From: Candidatus Cloacimonadota bacterium
GTDB lineage: Bacteria; Cloacimonadota; Cloacimonadia; Cloacimonadales; DAONDQ01
Assembly: GCA_035402645.1 (NCBI GenBank)
Contig: DAONDQ010000001.1
Coordinates: 15,680 to 79,679 of the forward strand
Reading direction: 5' to 3'
Length of the DNA: 64,000 nucleotides
The notes under the pieces are model-generated. The model made no database searches. It saw only the letters and a list, made by a program, of their open reading frames with translations, and was not told where the DNA came from. This document shows, in pieces, positions 27,454 to 36,069 of the stretch. Numbering within the stretch: position 1 is the stretch's first letter; every line of letters begins with the position of its first letter. The translations under genes were made by a program, and so were the position numbers.

Positions 27454-29283
27454 TTAGAAATTGGATGGTGGTTTTTTGAATTTCCAGCTTTCTGATTCGA
27501 ATGGGGTTAATCCTGCATGTGCATGAACTTCAGGGAAATTTGGCGGTTGTGTATATGAAAAGCGATTATCGAAATGATAGTCCTTCTTATATCCTACACC
27601 AACACCACTTGCACCTGTACAATTAATACCAGTGCTCGTGTCACCCCATTTATAGTTTACAAAATCCCATGTGCCATTATGGTTGGCTGTATCGGTTGTA
27701 CTTCTATGCACAAAACCTCTGCGTCTCTGCGCTACTGAACCATAAAGATGAATGGTTCCCCTTTCAAGATATGGCTGTCTTTCAGGCCAAAGAGGATTAT
27801 ACCACGGATAGTCCAGAATACCGGGCCACATCATGGTATCAGTTTGGGGATACAGGTGGGTATGCAGATCCACCTTTGTATACATAGAATTCCCAATTCT
27901 TGTATCAGGTGTTGAAGGATGGGGTCCTTGATATTCAAATGTAAATACACCGTCTTTATGTGGATTGCCATCTCCATTTCCCAATGCGCATAAGGCTGCA
28001 TATATCCAAATGCCCTGGGCGTCGGAACCACAAGTATCGTGGTGTCTGGTTCCTGAATACATTGGGTCTGCAATTCCATATTTGATCAGAATTCGTTTTT
28101 CGGAAACCAACCCAACAATATCATATGGGTTCGAATTAGCCGGAATACCATTACCATCCGGATTCTGACCTAATGCGGTTCCCTGAAGTTTAATATTGCC
28201 TACCAGGTACAGAGTATCTTTGCATCCCCAAGTCTGTTTCCCGCTGAAGATACCGTCAATCCATGTTTTCACCGGGATGTAAATCGATGAGTTATTGACT
28301 GAAATGGAAGGTCCGGGAGTCCAGACTGTGTCCAATTTCGTTAAGTAATACCAGTATAGTTCTGGTCCCGTGGGAGGTGGGTAGGCAGCATAGCAATCGA
28401 TGGATTCTCTTTGCGCATTGACCGTAACATGACCAATCCATGATTGCCCACTTGAACCATTGACGTGTACGCGAAGAAGAGTATTATTATCATGGTCAAT
28501 TTGCAGGTTATTTCCTGCCTGGATTGCCAGTGCCTGGTCAGGAAACTCGATTTTCGGTACGTGTTCATAGTAATGATCGAGAAATACACTTTCATAAGGT
28601 ATCGTTCCGTTATTCGATTGGAATATCCCTGCGGTTGAAACATTGGCATAGAATGTTGGCCATCCACCATTATTCGTACTTCCACCCTGCTCAATCCAAA
28701 TATTTGAATTACTGTGCACTTTCCCGTAAATCACATCGGGTCCCCAGAAATAAACTCTCCCTGCAACTTCACCCATATCGGCATTTTCTGAGGCTTCAGT
28801 ATCGGTGAAATAATGATATCCGGCAAACGTGGAACGATGAATGTCTTTTTCCGCATACTGCTTCACCGGTGATATGTTGTTTGACCAAAGAATACCATTA
28901 CCGCCTCCTCTTTTTGCCGTTATGAGGCTTTTCACAACATACCCGTTTGTCGAATAATATCCGCCACCTGTTGTTACATTTGATTTAGCGATCTTGGTTT
29001 TAAGAAAATACGTTGTTCTGGTATTTGTCCCAAGCAGTTCGAATTGCTGAATCGGCAGGGTAAAGCCTTCCCCTGAATAATCAGTTGTCTTGCAGGCAAG
29101 CAATCCACGAAACGCCTGGTACCTGAGAAAATGAGTTTCCTGTAGGGAATCATTCTGTGTTCGTTTGGATACAACATCTTTTAAGGCAACCGCTGTCATA
29201 CTGATGCTTGAAAGAAAGGTGATGATCACAACAGCCATAGCCAATGATAGATTCCCACGTTGTGACATAATTAATCTACTCAT
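27454..29283 (-). CDS. large PilX-N-terminal-like pilus-associated protein, paralogue A
   Basis: N-terminus MSQRGNLSLAMAVVIITFLSSISMTAVAL (hydrophobic helix, no G|FTLIE prepilin site). Co-linear similarity to ORFs 29478-31304 and 42652-44487, including VIYGKVHSNS.IW, AALCALG.GDG.PHKDG and the terminal GYKKDYHFDNRFS.TQPPNFPE...KFKKPP.NF. Confidence 0.6.
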   Translation of the reverse strand: MSRLIMSQRGNLSLAMAVVIITFLSSISMTAVALKDVVSKRTQNDSLQETHFLRYQAFRGLLACKTTDYSGEGFTLPIQQFELLGTNTRTTYFLKTKIAKSNVTTGGGYYSTNGYVVKSLITAKRGGGNGILWSNNISPVKQYAEKDIHRSTFAGYHYFTDTEASENADMGEVAGRVYFWGPDVIYGKVHSNSNIWIEQGGSTNNGGWPTFYANVSTAGIFQSNNGTIPYESVFLDHYYEHVPKIEFPDQALAIQAGNNLQIDHDNNTLLRVHVNGSSGQSWIGHVTVNAQRESIDCYAAYPPPTGPELYWYYLTKLDTVWTPGPSISVNNSSIYIPVKTWIDGIFSGKQTWGCKDTLYLVGNIKLQGTALGQNPDGNGIPANSNPYDIVGLVSEKRILIKYGIADPMYSGTRHHDTCGSDAQGIWIYAALCALGNGDGNPHKDGVFTFEYQGPHPSTPDTRIGNSMYTKVDLHTHLYPQTDTMMWPGILDYPWYNPLWPERQPYLERGTIHLYGSVAQRRRGFVHRSTTDTANHNGTWDFVNYKWGDTSTGINCTGASGVGVGYKKDYHFDNRFSYTQPPNFPEVHAHAGLTPFESESWKFKKPPSNF

Positions 29284-29477
29284 CTGCTTTCCTTTTCTTA
29301 CCTATCTGGATCATAATGAATAGGATCCTGCCCTATTTTCGCATAAAAAATGACATCACAAATCAATTCGGAACCATCTTCTGGGTTCCGGTTTCATAAT
29401 TCCGATATTTCGCTATTCATTTCACATATGGTACATGATCAAAGGAAAAATTGCTTCGCTTAGTCACAACCCCTTCA

Positions 29478-31304
29478 TCAGAAATTCGCTGGTGGTTTCT
29501 TGAATCTCCAACTTTCTGATTCGAAAGGTGTCAAACCAGCCCTTACATGGATCTCAGGAAAATTAGGGGGTTGTGTGAACGAGAAACGGTTATCGAAATG
29601 ATAATCCTTCTTGTAACCAACACCTGTACCCGACGCTCCGGGATAGTTCATTCCATCACTGGTGGAACCCCATTTATGCTGATCCAAATTCCAGGTGCCA
29701 TCGTGATGTCCGTAATCATATAAGGGACGATGGACTACACCTCGTCTTCTTTGTGCAATCGACCCATAGAGGTGTATCGATCCTCGTTCGAGATAGGGAT
29801 CCGCTTCTGGCCATAAGGGATTATACCAGGGGAAATCAATCGTTCCGGGCCAGGGATATGCATTCGTGGGTGGAAATCTCCTTTTATGGAGGTCAATTTT
29901 CGTATAGTTGATGTCGTTTAATCTGATATCAGGTGTTGAATAATGTGGTGCTTGGTATTCAAAACTGAAGATACCATCCTTGTGCGGATCCCCGTTTCCA
30001 TCCCCTAATGCACAGAGGGCAGCATATATCCAGACTCCCCCTGTATCGGGACCACTGGTGGGATGCCTTCTTCCATCGTATAAAGGATCATTGAGCCCAT
30101 ATTTTAAATAAATCCTCTGCTCGGAGATGAGACCCACAAAATCGTAGGGATTCCCAAAAGAGGCATTTCCGTTTCCATCAGGACTTGTTCCCAGGGGAGT
30201 ACCTGATAGTTCGATGTTACCAACCAAAAAAAGTGTATCTCTGCAGCCCCAGGTCTGTCTTCCCGAGAAAGTGCCATCAATCCATAATTTGCATTCACAA
30301 TATATGGAATTATTGCTCACAGAAAGCATTGGTCCCGGAGTCCATACAGTATCATTTGGGGAGAGGTAATACCAATACAATTCAGGACCGGTTGGTGGTG
30401 GATATTGGGCATAACAGTCAATCGATTCTCGCTGTGTTGCCGGAACAATCTGTCCAATCCATGATTGTGCCTGGTTACCTGAAATATGGACTCGAAGAAT
30501 TGTATTTACATCATAGGGAAGTCCAACATGAGGACCTGCCTGAACAGCATTGGCAACGCTGGGAAATTCAAGTTCTGCCACATGTTCGTAATAATGATTA
30601 TGAAAGACTGTCTGATACGGAATGGTTCCACTCACGCAACGAATGATCCCGCAAGTGGAAACGGGGGCATAAAACAAAGGCCAACCTCCGTTGATACCAC
30701 CACCCTGGTTGGCAATCCAAATATCCGAATTGCTGTGCACCTTGCCATAGATGACATCATTCCCTGCAAATACGATCCTGCCGTCATCACCGGGCATTCC
30801 AACATCCTCCGATACTTCTGTATTCGTGAAATAATGATAACCGGCAAAAGTGGAGCGCCGAACATCTTTTTCAGCATATTTTCTGACGGTGGAGTAATTT
30901 TGAGACCAGAATATCCCATTCCCGCCGCCTCTCTTTGCTGTAACGAGGCTTTTGACGGTATAACCGTTGGTCATATAATACCCGCCACCGGTGGTTACAT
31001 TCGATTGTTCCACCTTTGTCTTCATGAAATAGGTGGTCCTGGAATCTGATCCCAACATCTCGAATTGCTGTAGGGGCAATGTGAAGCCTGCTTCGGAATA
31101 GTCGGTGATTTGACATGCCATAGTACCGCGGGATGCTTCATAACGGAGCAGATGGGTTTCCTGGAGACCATCCTGTTGGATTCGACAAGCAAGAACATCC
31201 TTGAGGGCAACTTCTGTTAGAGTAATGCTGGATAGGAATGCGATAATGAGAACAGCCATGGCAACTGCAATATTCCCTCTTTCATCCATCTTCAAAATGC
31301 TCAT
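29478..31304 (-). CDS. large PilX-N-terminal-like pilus-associated protein, paralogue B
   Basis: Same architecture and motifs as paralogue A. Separate gene with a 194-nt spacer containing a hairpin (29369-29390). Confidence 0.6.
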   Translation of the reverse strand: MSILKMDERGNIAVAMAVLIIAFLSSITLTEVALKDVLACRIQQDGLQETHLLRYEASRGTMACQITDYSEAGFTLPLQQFEMLGSDSRTTYFMKTKVEQSNVTTGGGYYMTNGYTVKSLVTAKRGGGNGIFWSQNYSTVRKYAEKDVRRSTFAGYHYFTNTEVSEDVGMPGDDGRIVFAGNDVIYGKVHSNSDIWIANQGGGINGGWPLFYAPVSTCGIIRCVSGTIPYQTVFHNHYYEHVAELEFPSVANAVQAGPHVGLPYDVNTILRVHISGNQAQSWIGQIVPATQRESIDCYAQYPPPTGPELYWYYLSPNDTVWTPGPMLSVSNNSIYCECKLWIDGTFSGRQTWGCRDTLFLVGNIELSGTPLGTSPDGNGNASFGNPYDFVGLISEQRIYLKYGLNDPLYDGRRHPTSGPDTGGVWIYAALCALGDGNGDPHKDGIFSFEYQAPHYSTPDIRLNDINYTKIDLHKRRFPPTNAYPWPGTIDFPWYNPLWPEADPYLERGSIHLYGSIAQRRRGVVHRPLYDYGHHDGTWNLDQHKWGSTSDGMNYPGASGTGVGYKKDYHFDNRFSFTQPPNFPEIHVRAGLTPFESESWRFKKPPANF

Positions 31305-31577
31305 TAATCATCCCTTTCTTTTACTTTACATATAGAAGCGATGTGACCACTTGATATCAATCCCATTTATCGGGTGATGTGCACATCTTCAAGGAACAGA
31401 ATGAACTAAATGCCAATAATCTGGGAAGAAAAAATAACAATATTTATTCCAAATATTGATTATTCGTGCTATTATTTTATATATTTTCAATATATTATAA
31501 AGATTATATGTATGTTCATGCTTGTTGAATCATAAACCATGAACTCGCAACATACTGGTCTTTAATCGATTTCAATT

Positions 31578-32885
31578 TTATTGTTGGATACGCTTACGAA
31601 ATTCCTTTGCCCTTTCGAGGAGTATATCCTCATCCAGAGTAAGTAGTTTCCTGTTCTTCATGACAATCTTGCCATTAATGATGACATTCTTTACCTGCTC
31701 GGTGGATGTGCAGTAAACAAGATGTGAATAAGGATCGTAAACAGGCTGTGAATCGATCGTATTCATATCGATCATGATCATATCTGCGAGTTTGCCCACT
31801 TCCAGCGAACCGATCTTTTCATCGAGATCGAGAGCTTTTGCACCTCCATTGATGCACTTTTGCAATATATGTTTTGCAGGAAGGAAAGAGGCATCCCGGT
31901 TAAGAGCCTTATGAAGACGGGCTGTTGTCGAAATTTCGCTGAACATATCGAGTTTATTATTACTTGCAACACCATCGGTGCCCAGGCAGTAGTTCACATG
32001 ATACTGCTCGTACTTATGAATAGGGGCAAAACCGGATGCAAGTTTCAGATTACTGATGGTATTGACTGCAATGGAAACACCTCTTTTATGCAGAATCTCA
32101 AGTTCTCTATCTTCCAGATGGATACCGTGAGCAAGAAGGGTCTTTGCTTCGAAAATACCAAGACCATCAAGGTATTCAACCGGTAATTTGCCGTGTTCCT
32201 TCGTGCAGGCTTCCACCTCCTCCTGTGTCTCTGAAAGATGGATATGGAGCAGCATATTTTCATCCAGGGCATTTTTCAGGGCTTTCTTCAGATTATCCTT
32301 ATTGCAGGTATAGATCGCATGCGGGGCAATGGCAAAGGTGATTAAGTCATTTTTGTTTTCCTTATGCAACCGCGTTACATAATTGATCATATCATCGGCA
32401 CCCTGGTGCATGGCAACAGGGTAGTCAATTACCCCTTCCCCAATCACAGCGCGGATACCTGCAACTTCACAGGATGTAGCTGCTTCATGACTGTAAAAGT
32501 ACATATCACTAAATGTCGTGATACCGCTTCTTATCATTTCGGCGGCAGCATGTTCCACACCAAGTCGAACAAATTCAGCATTCATGTATTTGGCTTCTGC
32601 GGGCCAGATCTTCTCATTTAGCCAGCGGATAACCGGCATGTCATCTGCCATGCCTTTAAAATAACTCATTCCTGCATGTGTATGACCATTGACCAATCCT
32701 GGAAGAACGAGCATATCGCTCGCATCGATCACTTCCCTACCCTGCCAGTCATTCATATCCAGTATGGTCCCAATCTCTGCTATCTGCTTTTCTATGATCG
32801 CGATACAGCCATTTTCAATGACATGCATCTCTTGATCAAAAGTCAGAACCATTGCGTTTTTAATCAGGATATCCGCTGTATTCAT
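31578..32885 (-). CDS. mtaD: amidohydrolase, 5-methylthioadenosine/S-adenosylhomocysteine deaminase-like
   Basis: LPGLVNGHTHAGMSYFKG metal-binding HxH motif and HLSET, ~435 aa. Start taken at MNTADILIKNAMV (32885). Confidence 0.75.
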   Translation of the reverse strand: MNTADILIKNAMVLTFDQEMHVIENGCIAIIEKQIAEIGTILDMNDWQGREVIDASDMLVLPGLVNGHTHAGMSYFKGMADDMPVIRWLNEKIWPAEAKYMNAEFVRLGVEHAAAEMIRSGITTFSDMYFYSHEAATSCEVAGIRAVIGEGVIDYPVAMHQGADDMINYVTRLHKENKNDLITFAIAPHAIYTCNKDNLKKALKNALDENMLLHIHLSETQEEVEACTKEHGKLPVEYLDGLGIFEAKTLLAHGIHLEDRELEILHKRGVSIAVNTISNLKLASGFAPIHKYEQYHVNYCLGTDGVASNNKLDMFSEISTTARLHKALNRDASFLPAKHILQKCINGGAKALDLDEKIGSLEVGKLADMIMIDMNTIDSQPVYDPYSHLVYCTSTEQVKNVIINGKIVMKNRKLLTLDEDILLERAKEFRKRIQQ

Positions 32886-32975
32886 GAAAACTCCCATATG
32901 TTGCGGTCTGCATCAGCAGACCCATCATGATGTACGTTCATAGGTTTGGGGGTTATTAATTCGAACCCCATATAT

Positions 32976-33000
32976 AAAAAAACCCCGTCTTTCAACGGGG
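32976..33000 (-). terminator. rho-independent terminator ending the type IV pilus operon
   Basis: On the minus strand, the CCCCGT-TGAAAG-ACGGGG hairpin is followed by a T7 run, 20 nt after the pilC stop. Confidence 0.7.
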
Positions 33001-33020
33001 TCAATGTATTTGTTTTAATA

Positions 33021-34274
33021 TTACTTGTAGCCTTGGCTCATTGCCTGTCCCAAATCGAAGATGGGTAGGTAAATCACGATAATGATCGAGCCCACAACCA
33101 CACCCATGATAATGATCAGTGATGGTTCAATTAGAACCGTGAGACGGTCAATAACGGAATCAACCAATTTCTCGTAGAATTCACCTGCTTTTTTCAATAG
33201 TTGATCCATATCACCTGTTTCTTCACCAGTATTCATCAATTGAAGGAGTGTAGGCGGGAACATTCCGGTTTTTCTGAATGCATTTGCCACACCATAGCCT
33301 TCTTTCACCCATGCTCTTGCCTTGTTGATCGCTTCTTCGATCGGCGCATTCTGCACAACTCCTTCCACCAGTTCCAAAGTATCCATAATGGGTACACCGG
33401 CAGCAGTCAGAATGGAGAATGTACGTGCAAACTTACTCATAATCGAATTGTTCAGCAGTTGACCAATCACGGGTAATTTCAGTTTAAGTCTATCGTAGAT
33501 ATACCTGCCCCTGTCAGTTAGAGTGACCAGGAAACCGACAATGAAAAGTATGATCAGTATGAGAATACTGACGAACAGGTTATGAACAATGAAATTACTG
33601 ATGGCAATGGCAATAAGAGTAGGACCGGGAAGATCAGCACCAAAATTGCTATAAACATCCTGGAATTTGGGTATGATGAAATAGAACAGACCCCAAACGA
33701 CAAGACACAAGAATACCAGGATGAAAACCGGATATGACATTGCAGAAATCACTTTTCTGCGTGTGTCTTCCATTTTCTCGAGATAGTCTGATAATTCGCC
33801 CAGAACCGTGTGCAGTGTTCCTGATACTTCACCAGCTTTCACCAATGCAATATAGAGCGGATTGAATACACCCGGGTGCTGTTCCATCGCCTCAGAAAGG
33901 GAGAATCCTTTCTTGATATCATCACTGAGTCTGTTGAGTACCTTCTGGAAACGAGCGGTCTTTTCTTCTTTAGCCAAATCAGAAATGGCTTTTTCAATCG
34001 TAAGACCTGCAGAGAACATTGTGGATAATTGGCGTGTAAAAAATACCAATGTACGCAATGAAACGCTGGTTCTGAGTTTGTAGATGGTGAAAACGACCTT
34101 GTCGAAGAGAGACATTTTTGTGCGCATTGCGCTCTCAGAAATGCTCTTCACGGAAATGATCGTACCGCCATCCTTCGATAGCTTATCAATCACTTCATCG
34201 AGTGATGAGGCTTTCATCATGCCTTCAACACGAGCCCCTTTCGCATCATGTATGATATACGAAAATGCTGCCAT
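33021..34274 (-). CDS. pilC: type IV pilus platform protein PilC (GspF family)
   Basis: ~417 aa with a duplicated T2SS-F architecture and 3 TM segments. Immediately downstream of pilB. Confidence 0.85.
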   Translation of the reverse strand: MAAFSYIIHDAKGARVEGMMKASSLDEVIDKLSKDGGTIISVKSISESAMRTKMSLFDKVVFTIYKLRTSVSLRTLVFFTRQLSTMFSAGLTIEKAISDLAKEEKTARFQKVLNRLSDDIKKGFSLSEAMEQHPGVFNPLYIALVKAGEVSGTLHTVLGELSDYLEKMEDTRRKVISAMSYPVFILVFLCLVVWGLFYFIIPKFQDVYSNFGADLPGPTLIAIAISNFIVHNLFVSILILIILFIVGFLVTLTDRGRYIYDRLKLKLPVIGQLLNNSIMSKFARTFSILTAAGVPIMDTLELVEGVVQNAPIEEAINKARAWVKEGYGVANAFRKTGMFPPTLLQLMNTGEETGDMDQLLKKAGEFYEKLVDSVIDRLTVLIEPSLIIIMGVVVGSIIIVIYLPIFDLGQAMSQGYK

Positions 34275-34306
34275 ATACTATCCTTTCGCTATAATGAGAT
34301 CTATTG

Positions 34307-36001
34307 TTATTCGACTATAGTCAGTTTGATGACTTCACGAATCGTAGTCATGCCACGCTTCATCTTGACGATTGCGCTGTCATGCAGGGTACGCATACCT
34401 TTTCTCAAAGCCGCTTCGCGTATAAGGTCCTGATTTCCGCCATCATAGATGATCTTACGGATCTCGGCATCTACGAGCAGAACTTCGAATATACCTGTAC
34501 GACCGGAGTAACCTGTATTATCGCAATGAACACAACCAATGCCATTCTTGAACTGGATCGTTGCTGCTTCTTCAGGAGAGATACCAGCATCTTTCAGTTC
34601 ATCAGCGGAAGGCTTATATTCTGTAACGCAATGTGGGCATACCTTACGAACAAGACGCTGTGCCATCACAAGACTCAAGGATGATCCGACAAGGTATGGT
34701 TTGATACCAATATCGATCATACGAGTCACAGTGGAAGGTGCATCGTTAGCGTGAAGAGTACTGAAAACAAGGTGACCGGTAAGAGAGAATTTCGTCGCAA
34801 TATCTGCGGTTTCTTCATCTCGAATTTCACCAATAAGCACGATATCCGGGTCTTGACGAAGAACGGAACGCAATGCCGAACCGAAAGTCAAACCTATCTG
34901 TTCCTTGGTTTCAATTTGTGTGATACCGTCCAAGCGATATTCGACAGGATCTTCAACCGTGATGATGTTAGTCTCAATGTCCTGAATGGTTTTCAATGAT
35001 GCATGCAAAGTGGTTGATTTACCGCTTCCAGTAGGACCGGAAACGATGATGATACCATACGGACGACGGATGACTCGTTTGAATGTTACCATATCATCAT
35101 CTTCAAATCCAAGGGTCTGAAGCTTGAAACCGAATTCACCTTTATCAAGAAGACGCATCACCACCTTTTCACCTATCACTGTTGGTGTGATGGATACACG
35201 GACGTCCACACTCTTCATCTGGGTTTTCAGAGAAATATGACCGTCCTGGGGTAAACGTCTTTCCGCAATGTTCAACTTTGACATAACCTTCACAATGGAT
35301 ATAAGTCCCATGTGAAGACCAATCGGCGGATTCATGACTTCACGCAAGGCACCGTCAACACGGAATCGGATTCGGGTGTTCTTGGTAAGCGGTTCAATAT
35401 GTATATCAGTTGCACCAGCTTTGATTGCTTCCGTAATGATCAGATTGATCAATTTAACAACGGGAGCATCAGCAGAGCCTTGCGCACCGATGTTGATTTC
35501 GTTTTCATCATCATCCATGGCGACAAAATCAAAATTACCAACAGCATCTTCGACCTGAGAGGTCGTTCTGATACTCTTATAATATTTTTCCAGAGTATCT
35601 GTTAATGCCTCTTCGCCAATGAGTATCGGTTTGATATTCTTAGACAGGAGTTTTTTCAGGCTGTCGAGAATTTCAATATTCTCAGGGTCGGTCATGGCAA
35701 CTACCAAGCCATCCTTTGTGTCTCGAACGGCAATGACTCGGTTTTCGACAGCGAACATTTCAGGAATCAGTCCCACTACATCGACATTCAGGTCTTTCAT
35801 CTCCTGCATATCTGCAATGTCATATCCTAATTGTTCACTTAAAGCCACGAGGAGTTTTTTTTCATCCAGATAGCCTAATTTTATGAGTGTTTCACCAATT
35901 TTTAACCGGAAGTTTCCTTGCTTTGATAGTGCATCGCGCAATTGCTCTTCGGTTATCAACTGTTTATCGATCAGTAACTGACCTAAACGTTTGAAAGTCA
36001 T
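34307..36001 (-). CDS. pilB: type IV pilus assembly ATPase PilB (GspE family)
   Basis: Walker A VSGPTGSGKSTTL. N-terminal T2SSE_N-like region (LGQLLIDKQLITEEQL). Tetracysteine CPHC...CVHC motif. Confidence 0.9.
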   Translation of the reverse strand: MTFKRLGQLLIDKQLITEEQLRDALSKQGNFRLKIGETLIKLGYLDEKKLLVALSEQLGYDIADMQEMKDLNVDVVGLIPEMFAVENRVIAVRDTKDGLVVAMTDPENIEILDSLKKLLSKNIKPILIGEEALTDTLEKYYKSIRTTSQVEDAVGNFDFVAMDDDENEINIGAQGSADAPVVKLINLIITEAIKAGATDIHIEPLTKNTRIRFRVDGALREVMNPPIGLHMGLISIVKVMSKLNIAERRLPQDGHISLKTQMKSVDVRVSITPTVIGEKVVMRLLDKGEFGFKLQTLGFEDDDMVTFKRVIRRPYGIIIVSGPTGSGKSTTLHASLKTIQDIETNIITVEDPVEYRLDGITQIETKEQIGLTFGSALRSVLRQDPDIVLIGEIRDEETADIATKFSLTGHLVFSTLHANDAPSTVTRMIDIGIKPYLVGSSLSLVMAQRLVRKVCPHCVTEYKPSADELKDAGISPEEAATIQFKNGIGCVHCDNTGYSGRTGIFEVLLVDAEIRKIIYDGGNQDLIREAALRKGMRTLHDSAIVKMKRGMTTIREVIKLTIVE

Positions 36002-36028
36002 TGATTAGATCCTTTGTTTCGTGTTTAT

Positions 36029-36059
36029 GGAGAGTCCCGGAGCAACTCCGGAACTCTCC
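36029..36059. other. strong intra-operon hairpin (14-bp stem, 1 mismatch, 3-nt loop)
   Basis: GGAGAGTCCCGGAG-CAA-CTCCGGAACTCTCC between the Ig-repeat lipoprotein stop (36070) and the pilB start (36001). No U-tract follows on the coding (minus) strand. Confidence 0.4.
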
Positions 36060-36069
36060 AAAAAATTAA

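Noticed and set aside
30185-31049. 153-aa and 187-aa plus-strand ORFs inside paralogue B, and similar ones in paralogues A and C
   Set aside because: They are antisense shadows. They are not conserved in position or sequence among the three paralogues, whereas the minus-strand proteins are.
32949-32971. GGGGTT-ATTAATTCG-AACCCC hairpin containing TTCGAA, superficially like a tRNA T-arm (also GGTTCGAAGCC at ~2084)
   Set aside because: No acceptor, D or anticodon arms can be drawn around either site, and the 2084 site is inside a CDS. I conclude there are no tRNA genes in the window.
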